Source: Marsupella aquatica (Eukaryota; Plantae; Marchantiophyta). Taken from it: a stretch of 64,000 bases of DNA. The number at the start of each line of letters is the position of its first letter. The stretch's first letter is position 1. The translations under genes and the position numbers were made by a program. The notes under the pieces were generated by a model, which saw nothing but the letters and a program-made list of their open reading frames with translations, was not told the DNA's origin and did no database searches. The DNA is taken from NCBI GenBank assembly GCA_973895155.1, contig OZ316898.1:1118751-1182750 (forward strand), written 5' to 3'. This document shows positions 51,490 through 63,712 of the stretch, in pieces.

Positions 51490-52630
51490 TTAGGATTTAG
51501 GCTGAGCAACATCATCGTGATCGGTGGTAGTGACGATGTCCGCCCATTCCGCAAGAGACTTAGTCTCATTCTCCAAAACTTCTCTAATGAAGGGTACTGC
51601 ATCGCTCCCTAGCGGCAGCCTCAACGGCAGCGTCCGACCCTCGCAGCGACCACTCTTTGTCAATGCTTCGACAAGCAATTGAGCAGCCTTAGCCGGATCC
51701 CCGGGTTGCTTCATGTGCATGTCTGCAAAAGCTTTTTTCAGCGGATCCATGAATGACACGTAGTTATCGATGCTCTTAGCCGCACCGAAAAGATTGCCAT
51801 CACGTAAGGCATTGGTGCGGAAAGCGCCAGGCTCGATGATAGTCACTTCGATGCCCAGATCGGCCACTTCCAGCCGGAGTGCCTCCGTGGCTCCCACCAG
51901 CGCGAATTTGGTGGAGCAGTACACGCCAATTCCGGCCATACCCTTCCAGGCGATCACAGAGCCGAAGTTAGCAATGACTCCGGACTTCCGAGAACGCATA
52001 TGAGGTAAGACAGCACGAATGACTCTCAGCTGCCCGAAAACGTTGGTTTCGAACTGGGCCTTCACTTCTTCGTCGCTGTCAGAGACGTAATGTCAGAATC
52101 AATATTAGAAAAATAGTGTCCAACTCACTCTCTTCCTTAATTTATGAGAGGAAATACTGAACGGTGAATAATATTTTGTGAATTCGAACTATTGAACTCT
52201 CCTCATTCAAGGCAAAAGAAAAACTCTCCTCTAAGGTTCAATGTGCATTGTATAGAGAATGTACAGAAAATAACTAGAGAAATAAGAAACTGTCGAAACA
52301 GTCGCAGAAGGAGTTGCGGACTGCATTGGAGAGAAGGTCTCACGTGCACTCCTCAATCGCTCCTACAAGAGCATAAGCAGCATTGCTGACCAAGATATCA
52401 ATGCTGCCGTAGATTTTCAGCGCCTCATCGATGACACTCTGTACCTTTGCATCGGCCGCATTGATATCCAGAGCCAGTGTAGCACCGCCCGCAGCCTTCA
52501 AACTCTCGAGTCTCGTGATGTTGCGACCCGTAGCTATGACCTTGTCACCATGAGCAAGTGCAGCTCTCGCTAATTCACGGCCAAAACCAGAGGAGCATCC
52601 AGTGATGAGCCAGACTTTCGACGACGACAT
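51490..52630 (-). CDS. Classical short-chain dehydrogenase/reductase, copy 1, 2 exons, 290 aa
   Basis: Exons 52630-52344 and 52075-51490, with a phase-2 GT-AG intron. TGCSSGFG Rossmann motif, IDILVSNAA, catalytic Ser and YCSTK, EPGAFRT. Confidence 0.93.
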
Positions 52631-53541
52631 GATGCACGGTCTATATTTTGTCTGGTTCGGAAGTGCAGGATAACTATTAAAGTTTGGAAGGTTCACTGGA
52701 TAGTATTGAACTGCTAAAGAAACATTGGTCGAGTGATTCTCTCGTTGTGACAGGCTTGATCTCCCTGTCGGGCTCCCTGCAAGTTGTGAAGGTGTCCGAA
52801 ATTCTGCCTCTTGAATATTGCATACTCCTACCTCCAATTTATACCTCTCCTTCTCGTAGACATGTCTCACTGCTTGCCAGCTTATGGCTCTTGTTGTGAC
52901 ATGATAAATTCCTTTCTTGAAGTCTACGAAACTGATCGGACATGACAAGTCTAGCTACGAACCTGATCGGACATGACATGGAGGTAAGTTGAAAGAATTG
53001 AATACTTTGAAATATTAAATCCGGAATGTGGCACGAAAGAATGTTGAAGCACTGACACTTGAATTACAAAAACGATTGAATCATGTGACACGGAGGATAT
53101 ATGGTTCAAAACAGTCTCAAACCCGCAAAGGAATCAGGAAAGACAAATCAGAAATGTTATAAAAAGTGATTTTGGAGTGGTGTTACAGAACGCAAATAGT
53201 GCAGTAGACAGGGTGACTATCACTGTTATCCATTTATTTTCTGGATTTGACATGACTTCGCTCTGTTCTACTCCGTTAATGGACCATGTCCTGCATCTAC
53301 AATTTAGTGCGGATTGATTTACAGAGATCTAATCAAAACAAAACAGGATTCGCACGATGGGACCTTACTCGATCATTTTTGTCCTCTGATGCATCAGCGA
53401 AGTACCATATGCAAGTTCGTCCTCCTTTTCATGCACTAGCGAAGGACCACACGCAGGTTCGTGCTCCTGAACCTGTCATTATGTTTACAGTAAAGTCAAT
53501 CCTGTTTGGAGTGCATTATTTATACACTAAAGCCCTATTTA

Positions 53542-53720
53542 GAGCATCTCCAGCAGTGCCCCTTTTTCCCCCCTAACCTCCAAAGCTGTGATTTGGGGGT
53601 CATGTTTGGAGATCATCCTCTCCACCTGTTTTTTTTTCCTCCAAAGCCGCGATTTGGGGGTCATGTTTGGGGGTCACCCTCTCCATCTGTTCCGTATCTC
53701 CAAATATTTGGAGGTGAACA
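53542..53720 (+). mobile_element. Possible PIF/Harbinger (Tourist-like) terminus
   Basis: TTA followed by GAGCATCTCCAGCAG, then two subterminal TTTGGGGGTCATGTTTGG repeats. The partner end was not found. Confidence 0.4.
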
Positions 53721-55078
53721 TCCCAATGTCTGGATGCTAGCCACCACATTTGTCAACTTTGGCGGTTGCCTCTGGCAACCCCCATTGTGACCTCCATCAA
53801 AATCTACATCTGAGCCCATTCTCATTGATAGTTGCCCATTCTAGAATTGTCCAAATGAATCTATATCGAGAAGTTGTTGGTCTGGTTGTTGGATGTACGT
53901 ATACAAGGGACATGTCGGACACGTGCATCACAGTGACAAAGGAAATTGTGCAGCAATTAGAGCGGTTGCAAGCTCAAAAATGATCTGATTCGAGGCTGCT
54001 ATATGGCAGGACACTCTTTGGTTATTTTGTCTCATTCAATTTGATTGAAATTTATTTTTATGTTAATTTGGCCTAGTCTATGTTTTAGCTATGTATCATT
54101 TAAAATTTAGTCACTTTTTGCAGCCCCTTTAACTTTTTAAAATTCCTTAGTTTTTATTGTCCCCAATATTTTTCTTAACATTTTGAGGGGCATATTTCCT
54201 TACTTGTACCAGAGGAGGTTCGACCCTTCAACCAAGCAATTACACTAGTGTATTCTTTCAATCATAAAGTGTTGTAGCTATACAAGTACATTGACAGATT
54301 GACTAGTACCTTGAAATTAATGCACATGTCTTCAAGTATTGTACTTTTTCTCAGTTTTAAAAAGTGTGCAATTTTTTAAAAATTTTATAATCATTCTTTC
54401 AATACTTGTTTTTCATAAACTAATCAAATTAAAATGTCTCCTCTTTTACCTTATTTTAGATAAGTCAAAATAGGCATGTAGTAGGATGAACATGCTATAA
54501 TTCAAAAATGATGTGATCGGAAACAAAAACAAGTTTATTATTGCTCCCCTATTCACCCGGCAGAGTCATCATGAAAATTTGAGTAAAAGGGATGATGCCA
54601 AATATATCCACACGGGAATGAATAAAAGCTTTAGTGGATGATCTTGTGCATTCCAATGTGTTTTCTCTTATCCATGATTCAAAGGATCTCAATATGTCTT
54701 GTCATCTTTGAAATATGTATTGATTGTGTCAATTTATTTTGATTAGGGGTTATGTAATTCACATCATTCTCCAAATAGTGTTATGCAAAAATCAGATATT
54801 CACTAATTCTGGAAAATTTTCCCAAGATTGGAATATTGCAATAGGCTTTTTGGAAATTTAGAGAAAGGGTTTTGGAATTTTGAAAATGAGGTTTGGGAAT
54901 TTTTAGTTAAGGCTTTTGGAATTTCAGATTGATGTTTTGGAATGAATGCCCAGGCAAGGCACCATTCAAAATGTCAGTTTGGCAATTGAGGTCACCCATC
55001 GAATACTGAATGACGTCTCCAAGCTGAACATTTTGTTTTTGATGGGCACTGGATCTTGATGTGATGCTTGTCTTACAT

Positions 55079-55338
55079 GTACATTGTAACATAATATACA
55101 TCTTTTATCACAATCTAACATCACAAACATAAGAGAATCACAAACATAAAAAATGAAATATAAATATAATATAAATAAATAAATATAAGAAAATACTCAT
55201 AATTATGCGTACATTGTAACATAATATACATCTTTTATCACAATCTAACATCACAAACATAAGAGAATCACAAACATAAAAAATGAAATATAAATATAAT
55301 ATAAATAAATAAATATAAGAAAATACTCATAATTATGC
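55079..55338 (+). repeat. Perfect 130-bp tandem duplication
   Basis: 55079-55208 reads identical to 55209-55338. Confidence 0.93.
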
Positions 55339-57175
55339 CAGGCAGGGCTGCAATGTTGCTGCTCGTAGTTTTCTACACTGAAGAAACTTCACACCTTCCC
55401 ATTGCCATGCGCTAATGCCTCCTATCAATCCGCGCTGTCTGTCGTTCACCTCGTCTAGAACATACTCCCTTGTTTGCGATCCACATAATTTTTGTTGATG
55501 GTACTTGACGATGCTTGATACTCTGTTCATCGCACCCATTGGGATGAACGGGCTTCAATCAATTTCTATTGTCCCCGGGCTTGAAAACCTTGCCCCTTTA
55601 CACTCTTTTGCGCCCAAATTGTTATCCTGTCTTCCACTTGGGTTCTCTCAGTGGAAGGGAGCAGATGCATGTTATTGCCAAGAGTTATTACTAAGATTAG
55701 GAACGTTCACTGGCAGGCACTATGAATTGGTAGCGCAAAGGTATTGGAATCAATGTTCTTCAGTGTGATTCCGGGAACAAGCTTACACGATGGATGTTGA
55801 TCTTTCAGAGGTAAATTAGATTCTTGACTAAATTTGGCATTCAGCTGCCAGCCACGATCCCATGTCCTCCACTAGTAGTATCAGTGTTGTTGAAGAACTA
55901 GCAAAACAAATTTGGAACTTAGTATAGTCTGCACTCCAAGTCTTAGTTCCTAGCAACTTCAGTACTGTTGTTACAGATGTAGGAATCACACGTTCACAAA
56001 CTAACAAAGTTTGCATACATGATCTGCATTACAATGCCATAAATGTTCCCAGTCACCTTCCGTAGAGCTTGTAGAGCTCATTGAGAGAAAAAAGATTTAC
56101 GTGTGCCAAGTATGTCTCGAACTTGCCAAAAAATCTCAGAGCTGAAATGAACACATGGAAACTAAACACATGGAAAGAACTCCTCTCCAACTGTTACAAC
56201 GTCCATTATTCCTGCTTACAGTTCCTCGGCATTGTCGACGACCACGCGTTCACCTCCTGTTGTTATACACCAAAGCATCAACACTAACGAACTGAATTTG
56301 ACAGACGGTGCTGTCTGATTATGAATTTGGATTTCCTATCAGCATGTCTTTCTGTTTCCCCCATTTTGGGGAGTGTAAAAAAATCCACGGGGAACTGTGT
56401 ATTATCATCAATTGCTACCTAGGCAGTTAGCAAATGAGAACAGATTTCCGTTCCGGCCCCCCCTTTTTGCCGCTATGCCACTTTTATTTCCATTTTCATG
56501 CGCTATCCCAAAACTTTCATTTAGCAGCTTGGGTTTAGGGTTAGTAAGCCATCCAGCGTGTCGAAGCCCTAGGGGCCTCATATCAGTGGGGTCTCGACAT
56601 TTCCTTGAGGAGCCACACTTATACTGGGCAGCTGACAAAACAGACAACTGTGTGTTTGGAGGGCTTTGACATCACTTGTTTTGCGTGGTTTTGACATACC
56701 TCTTCATGAATTGCTGGTAGGCTTAATCTGCAATCTACAAGGGCCAAACGATTGCCAATATATTTGTTGTCCACAAAAAATGAAGAGATTCACTTTTTAT
56801 TAAACCATGTCATCGTATTAAGCTTGACAGTTTACATTATGGAATATACAAGTGACTTACTATGGGTCAAAGTAAATCGTCCCACGAAACAAAGTAAATC
56901 GTCCCACGAGAACCGAACTGAGCTTTACAATTCAAGAGCTTGTGCCCAGCAAAGTACAGTAAGGGAAAAGGTAGAAGCACGTCCAGAGGACCAAAGCTGT
57001 TCACAAGATTGACCAGGGAGATGCAATTTGACCTTTCACATCCTCAGCTACTGTACACTTGGTGTCTAGCAAACTGACCAATTGATGGCTGATCTAAGAT
57101 TCCAAAGTATGACAAAAAACAGGAGGTCTTTGTCCATCAAAGAAATGCAGGGAATCAACGGTATCTGTATGAAAT

Positions 57176-58665
57176 TTAATTCCCGCCCCTCTCAGACTGA
57201 ACAACATCATCGTGATCAGTAGTAGTGACGATGTCTGCCCATTCCGCAAGGGACTGTGTCTGCTTCTCCAAAGCTTGTCTAATGAAGGGTACTGCATCGC
57301 CCCCTAACGGCAGCCTCAGCGGCAGCGTCCGACCCTCGCAGCAACCACTCTTTGTCAACGCTTCGACAAGCAATTGTGCAGCCTTAGCCGGATCCCCGGG
57401 TTGCTTCATATCTATGTCTGCAAAGGCTTTTTTTATCGGATCCATGAATGACCGGTAGTCATCGATGCTCTTTGCCGCACGGACAAAGTTCCCATCACTT
57501 AAGAGATTGGTGCGGAAGTAGCCGGGCTCGATGACAGTCACTTCGATGCCCAGATCGGCCACTTCCAACCGGAGTGCCTCCGTGGCTCCCACCAGCGCGA
57601 ATTTGGAGGAGCAGTACAGGCCAGCTCCGGCCACACCCTTCCAGCCGCCCAGGGAGCCGATGTTAGCAATGACTCCGGACTTGCGAGAACGCATATGAGG
57701 TAAAACAGCACGAATGACGATCAGCTGCCCGAAAAAGTTGGTTTCGTACAGGGCCTTCACTTATTCGTCACTGTCAGAGACGTAATACCAGTACATGTAT
57801 TAGGAAAATAGCATCCAATTTCCTGTCTTCTTTATAACTAGGAGTGGAAATACAAATTAAACGGTGAATTAGACTGTTACGGAAAGTTGCATCCAATTCT
57901 CTCCTCAAACATCTTCAGAGTGAATGAAGTGAGCAGACAGATCTAGGAAACAAGGCATTGGATTCACATCATCATCGGTGCCAGAGTCAAGTCTAATACA
58001 TGTCAGCAAAGAAATTTTACCGAAAAAGCATCCAATTTGAGTCCTCGTGACTCGCATTTGAAAACGTTTCAGAGAACCTTGCGTAACTGAAAGATTAGAA
58101 GGTGAAGATCAAACGCCTACAGGTTCTTGAAAAGACATTCTGGGAGAAAAATTCAACTGGATCCTGGTCAGGTTTCAATGAGTTCCCTTTGTACAAGAGA
58201 CCGTCCACATCATGTGTCATGGCATATATTTTGTCAATTCGAAGTACTGAACTCTCGTTTAAGGTTTGTGTGCATTCTATAGAGAATTGTACAGAATAGA
58301 GAAATTGGAAGTACTTTGTTGACCGAATCGAAACAGTCTCAGTTTGAGTTGCGGACTGCATTGGCGAGAAGCTCTCACCTCCACTCCTCAATCGCTCCTA
58401 CACCAGTATATGCAGCGTTGTTGACCAAGATATCAATCCTGCCATAGAGTTTCAGCGCCTCATCAATGACTATCTGTACGTCTGCATTGCCCGCGTTAAT
58501 ATCCAGAGCGAGCGTAGCAGCGCCCGCAGCCTTCAAACTCTCGAGTCTGGTGATGTTGCGACCCGTGGCTATGACCTTGTCACCATGAGCAAGAGCAGCT
58601 CTTGCTAGTTCACGGCCGAAATCGGAGGAGCACCCGGTGATGACCCAAACTTTGGACGACGACAT
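57176..58665 (-). pseudogene. SDR copy 2 with a premature stop and a damaged cofactor motif
   Basis: Exons 58665-58379 and 57770-57176. TAA at 57763-57761 where copy 1 has GAA. TGCSSDFG replaces TGCSSGFG. Confidence 0.88.
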
Positions 58666-59757
58666 GATGCAGGTCTCGGTTTTTTATGGTTTGTAGTGAA
58701 CGACTATTAGAGTTCGGAAGGTTTAACTTGATGGAATTGAACTGCTAAAGAAACACTGATCGGGAGATTCTCTTGGTATCAGAGGCTTGATCTCACTGCA
58801 TGTTGTTACTTGACGTATCCGTGGTGGTAGAGGTGTTCGCAATCCTGCCTCTAAAATATTGCATTCTCCTGCTTCCGCTTTATATGTATTCTTCTCTTCG
58901 TAGACTTGTCTCGCATCTCCTCGTAAACATGTCTCACTGCTTGCCAGCTCATGGCTCTTGTTGTGACATATGACATTCGTTTCTTGTAGACGACGAAACT
59001 GATCGGACATAGCATGAAGGTTCATTAGAACAACTCAATACTTTGAAAATTTCGAATCCGAAATGTCACTACTGAGATTGTTGAAGCAGTGACACTTCAA
59101 TTGATTGTTGAAGAACCGACACTTCAATTACAGAAACATTTGAATTATGGGTCACGGAGGATATGTGGTTGATTACAATCCCAAAGCCGCAGATTCAGGG
59201 AGGAATAAACACGAATGCCATAAAAATAATTTGGAAGTAGTTGGCCCATGGCTTTGACAGTTTCCCTAGAGGTCAAAAGGCAAAGTGTTACAGGAGAGTC
59301 GTGGAAGTCCTGAAGTGTTGGTACAAGTAAAGGTTTTGTCCTCGGTAGACCCGGGGCTGGACCTCCCGCAGTGGATGTCACAAGCCTGCCATGACCTCAG
59401 TATGAATCATGACTTCGCTCTACTCTACTCCGTTATTGGCCATATCTCCGGTATTGACAGAGATCTAATCAATAAACAAACTCATTCGCAGTTCAACTCG
59501 ATCATTATTCATTTGTCGTTTGAAGCATGAGCGAAGACCCAGGTGCAGGTTCGTCCTCCTGAACCTGGCGTTTACATAAAGTGGCCGTCGATGATGAAGC
59601 TATGGAGGTTAACCTGGCATTTACGTAACGTGGTCGTGGATGAGGAAGCGATGGAGGTTTTTGAGTTGCTCTTCAAATGTTGTGGTAGGTAGCAGCTGGC
59701 TCTACTTTCTTTTTATACTTCTACTAGCTCAATACGTACTTTCTTTTTATACTTCTA

Positions 59758-60929
59758 CTAGCTCAATACCTGTGCGTTGCCACAAAAGATGTTGCGCAAA
59801 AATTATCTATGTGTAAAACATATTGTATGCGAAAAAGATGTACTTGCGGAAAAGATGTTGTATGTAGAAAAGATGTCATTTGCACAAAAGGTGTCATTTG
59901 CAAAAACCATAATGTTGCAAAAAAGCTACAGAAAAGAATGATGTCATTGGGCAAAATATGTCATTTGGGGAAAATGAGGTGTTCCAAAAAATGTTGTTCT
60001 ATAAATGATTTCATTGTTAAAAATATGTTGTCCCAAAAAAAATGTCAATCCAAAAGCAATATTGTTTGCCAAAAATTTGAAATTGAACAAAATACATCAT
60101 TGTGTGAAAAATGTGGTTGCTGAAAAAATGTTTTGTGAAAGATTTTTATTGTAGAGAATATGTCATTGTGCAAAGAGTATATTGTGTAAAAAATGATGTT
60201 TGTGGAAAAGGTACCATCTAGAATAAAGAAACTCTTTGATGCTTGCTCCTCTTTTGCCCATGAAAATTCGTTGATCCTTTGAATAAAAATTAAAAATAGG
60301 ATACTCTTTCCTCCCCCCTTCCTTTCCTACATTTTTAATTTTTAATTTTCTCCAATTGTTTTTCTTTTCTTTGTTTGTTTTTTCATTATCTTAAATATCC
60401 ACTTTTTTGTCTTTTAGCCTCTCTTTCTCTCTCTCCTAGGGTCTCTCTCCCCTCCCTTACTTTTCCATTTGAGTCTCTGTCCCTCCTTGGTCCTCTCTAG
60501 TCTAGCTCTCCCATACTTAGAATCATACCCTGTGAGGATAATAGATGTCCTCTTGTATCCTGGATGGTACTCTTCCTTCCCTATAATTATGAGGGTAATA
60601 GTGGACAGCAAGCGCATGAGGATTGAGGAGGGGAAGAGTGCACTTGCAGGGACAGTCGTACTTGCAAGGACAATCATGGAGTGATCTTATCGAGTAATCC
60701 TTTGTACTCCTTCATAATCTTTGTCAAGGCATCTTATTATCATTCTTTGTATTAGTATGCCTCTGTTCTTTGATGTCTAATGCTAATGGTCTCTTTCCCA
60801 TAATCGAACGGTATTAAAAAACTTAAAACTTGCAAAAGATCAAATGGTTGTGGATCATTCCCGCCCAAAATACATTTTGTAATGGGACGAAGGACAAAAA
60901 ATGGCGGGATTGGATATTATAGTTGTAGA
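59758..60929 (-). mobile_element. Non-autonomous Helitron, ~1.17 kb
   Basis: On the minus strand the 5' end is A^TCTACAACTATAAT. The 3' end is the hairpin TGTGGCAACGCACA, 8 nt, then CTAG^T. No TSD; inserted at AT. Internal degenerate A-rich minisatellite at 59785-60210. Confidence 0.8.
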
Positions 60930-61321
60930 TCGGTATAATAAGGGATTCCCCTGGCCTTATTCCAGTTTTACACATCCACCATTATATAGGGGAGTGTAGG
61001 AGGGAGGGAGTAGGGGAGGAAAAAGACAAAGGAAAAAGGGGGAGAGAAAAAAGTAAAAATGTGGGCCAAGCATCTGTAAACTTAGGCGAAACATTTGCCA
61101 CCATGTTTGTTGAATGCACCCCTCTTTGTGTAGGAGCATTGATGGCAAGGCTGCTGCAGAATTGGCATAACGAGGAGTGCCAGAGGACTAGTTGTCTCCC
61201 CTGTGTGATGTATTGTGGCCCATTCGAAAATGGTTGGCAGTCCCCTCCCTGTACCAAGCCCCCTCACAAAGAATGACTCATGGCCAATTTACCTCCAAAT
61301 TCTACCCTACCGTCTTCCCCT

Positions 61322-61520
61322 GAACACAACGCCCGGGCGTTGTGTTCGAATATGACATTTTTTGACCCCTAAAAGTAAAAAGTGATATTTATTCGAACAC
61401 AGCGTCCAATTAACACAGCGCCTGGGCGCTGTGTTCGAGTGTGGCGCTGTGTTTGAAGTTTGCGCAGCTTTGACATTGTGTTAGAATTTTGCACATACTT
61501 TTGAAGTTGGCGCTGTGTGA
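61322..61520. repeat. Cluster of palindromic AACACAGCGCC/GGCGCTGTGTT motifs
   Basis: Perfect palindrome GAACACAACGCCCGGGCGTTGTGTTC at 61322-61347 and a near-perfect one at 61412-61435. Half-sites at ~61396, 61443 and 61509. Confidence 0.8.
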
Positions 61521-61735
61521 GACCTTCAGTAGGTAGTGTACACTTCAAATTGAAAAACGAAGCAGGCAGTCCGCAATTTTTGCAGAATGTAGCAACAATA
61601 TATCAAGCAAAAGCTCATAACACATAGTCCACTCCTTTATTTCCTTCTCAATGTGCAAACGCACCAAGTTACAAATAAGATCGAAAGTGGATCTGTCTCT
61701 GACTAAAGTCTACAAATCTTTGAATCCTACTCTGA

Positions 61736-62332
61736 CTATTCTCGCTCAAATCGGTTCATCAGATTTGTGATAGGCTTTCCATTCGGCAATAGGACAGAGA
61801 TCCTCTTGGCTCTCTTGGCTGGCTTTGGTGGCGGGGAGAACTCAGTGAAGCTATCCAGAAGTGACAAATCAAAATCCTCGATCGGTACTGCTTTCCCCAC
61901 ACAAAGGCTTGAAGATATCCAATCAAAGCTCACGAACTTGATTCTCCCACTCGAGTGATAAAAGTCCACACATCCCCAATCATACTTCGCCAAAACAGTC
62001 TGCCAATTCTTGGCAATCACATGTGTAGTGATTGGACTAATCCGGTAACAGATAGAACCTCCACATTTGACAAACCGTTTCTTCAATATGTCAAATCGGC
62101 CAGGGCTAAATTCGTCAGGAATCAACAGAGCATACATGCCCTCGAAAGTGCCTCTTGTCCTTTCAAATGCACGAGCCAGTGCATCCATCTCAGCTTCGGG
62201 ATCCATCTCAACATTCGGCTCCACCTTATTGTTTGCCTTGTTCTGAATCTCAGTGCTTGCAACCAACAAGTCGATGGTAACCTCAAAGTCTGCCGCAACA
62301 TCAATACGTGCATTCTCAGCATGCTCTGCCAT
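61736..62332 (-). CDS. Stand-alone BRCT-domain protein (~198 aa)
   Basis: FEGMYALLI...LKKRFVKCGGSI...TTHVIA...FVSFDWISSSL matches the BRCT pattern (F.G...GG...THVI...W...S). Basic KPAKRAKR tail. Intronless; could also start at 62389. Confidence 0.7.
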   Translation of the reverse strand: MAEHAENARIDVAADFEVTIDLLVASTEIQNKANNKVEPNVEMDPEAEMDALARAFERTRGTFEGMYALLIPDEFSPGRFDILKKRFVKCGGSICYRISPITTHVIAKNWQTVLAKYDWGCVDFYHSSGRIKFVSFDWISSSLCVGKAVPIEDFDLSLLDSFTEFSPPPKPAKRAKRISVLLPNGKPITNLMNRFERE

Positions 62333-62970
62333 CGCCACCAGCAAGCAGTGGAAAGAAGTGAAAAACCAGCAAAATGACTCTCCTTGCAAATGCCTCCCGC
62401 AATCCCGCCACTTTCAGAACTGACGTTGTGATCGATTTCCAATAGAAATCGAAACAGGTCCAAAAGAGACAAAACACATCACCGTTCTCGCTCCATCACT
62501 AAATCGACAGAGTGCCTTAAGCCAACATCTCTAAACCCGGGAGTGTTTGGCTATGACAGGAGAAGGGGCAAAGAGTTGGAACGGGAAGGGTGAGTGAAGA
62601 ATTGAACTCTTCATTGAAGTGATGTTCTGGATTTCGCATTTGACATTGAAACTAATGCAACGCCCTACTCTACTTTTGTAGGAATTGCAGGAACAGAGCA
62701 TACATTCCTGATGTTTGTGAAGCTTCACCTTGTACGTCCAGCTCTCTCCTACCTGGCTCGGGACATGAACATGTGAAGACATATACCAGGTCAGTGAGAA
62801 GCGAAGTTCAATTTTAGCAAAAGGGAAAGAAATAACCAGGACTGCCAATTCCTCATGTATATGCTTTCAATTAGACTCAAATTTTGCCTCACTGCATCAG
62901 CCATCACCTGGCTAAATTTTTGACTGCTTGCTGAGAGGATAGCACTCCATTCGGATTGCTTGCAGTGCCT

Positions 62971-63712
62971 TCACTCCCTCCCAAATGATGGACTTGCCCC
63001 GGGGCCCAAGTATGAGGGGAGATTTGTCCGTGAAGCCTGCTGAATCCCATCATAGTACTTTAGATGTACCCTACCAGCATTCCACTTCTCCACAAACGCC
63101 TCAATGAATCCGTGAGTCTTCTTCAAACTTACGTCAGACAAATACACTTCCCGGTCCTGTTTCAACCATGTTGCAAACTCACTGCTCTTCAAGAAACAAT
63201 CATCAACAGAGATCTTCTACACCTTCGTGCCCGAAGCTTCAATCTCATGCAAGTTTGATTCTTCTTTCTATTTATGTTTCTTCATAAGTTTCTTGGCCTC
63301 CTTAAGTAACCTCTCTTTCTTCTCTGCCTTGCTATCCTCCAGGACTTCCTCATCACGGTCTTTGTGGCTACTACTTTGACGCCTCTTTTTTTGCTTCTTA
63401 CTGTTCTTCTCTTTCGAATCTTTTTTGCTCCTCCGTGAGCTTCTCCTCAAGTTGTGCTCCTTCCGTGTCCTCTCTCTCTTAGGGCGCTCCCCATCGCTGT
63501 TCTTCCCAAGGACAAAGAGTGCTCTGAAGAGGTAGAGCTTGACGAAAGGGAGGCTGGCGAGTCAGAATCAGACGATTCATGCTTTGTCCTTTGTTTCATC
63601 CGAGAGCGATCTTTCCTCTCTAGACTGCAACTTCAACTTTGGCTCCGGCTTCAATGTCAATGGCTCTTCTTGTCACTCGACGCTCCTCCTTGCTCTTTGT
63701 CTCCATCTCCAG
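62971..63712 (-). pseudogene. Arg/Ser/Lys-rich protein with an SCI1 (style cell-cycle inhibitor 1)-like C-terminal domain, pseudogene
   Basis: KISVDDCFLKSSEFATWLKQDREVYLSDVS...FVEKWNAGR...YYDGI resembles SCI1 family C-termini. It continues in frame from the K/R-rich ORF 63268-63450 through two TAG stops, with several TGA stops in the upstream RS tract. Confidence 0.75.

Larger units (their letters stand above)
50323..59567. repeat. Tandem segmental duplication, units ~50323-53475 and ~56275-59567
   Basis: Both units start with the last purD codons (GCATCAACAC.AACGAA.TGAA.TTGACAGA.GG.GCTGTCTGA) and end at CAGGTTCGT.CTCCTGAACCTG. Each carries one SDR gene. Confidence 0.92.

Noticed and set aside
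52631-52948. N-terminal extension of SDR copy 1 in the 202-aa ORF
   Set aside because: It has a non-ATG start, and the homologous upstream region of copy 2 is not open in frame. The protein starts at MSSSKVW.
53720-56270. Harbinger transposase remnants in the spacer between the SDR units
   Set aside because: No convincing DDE motifs or second TIR could be read by eye.
59809-60123. Cys/Lys-rich 104-aa ORF
   Set aside because: It is the translation of the degenerate minisatellite inside the Helitron.
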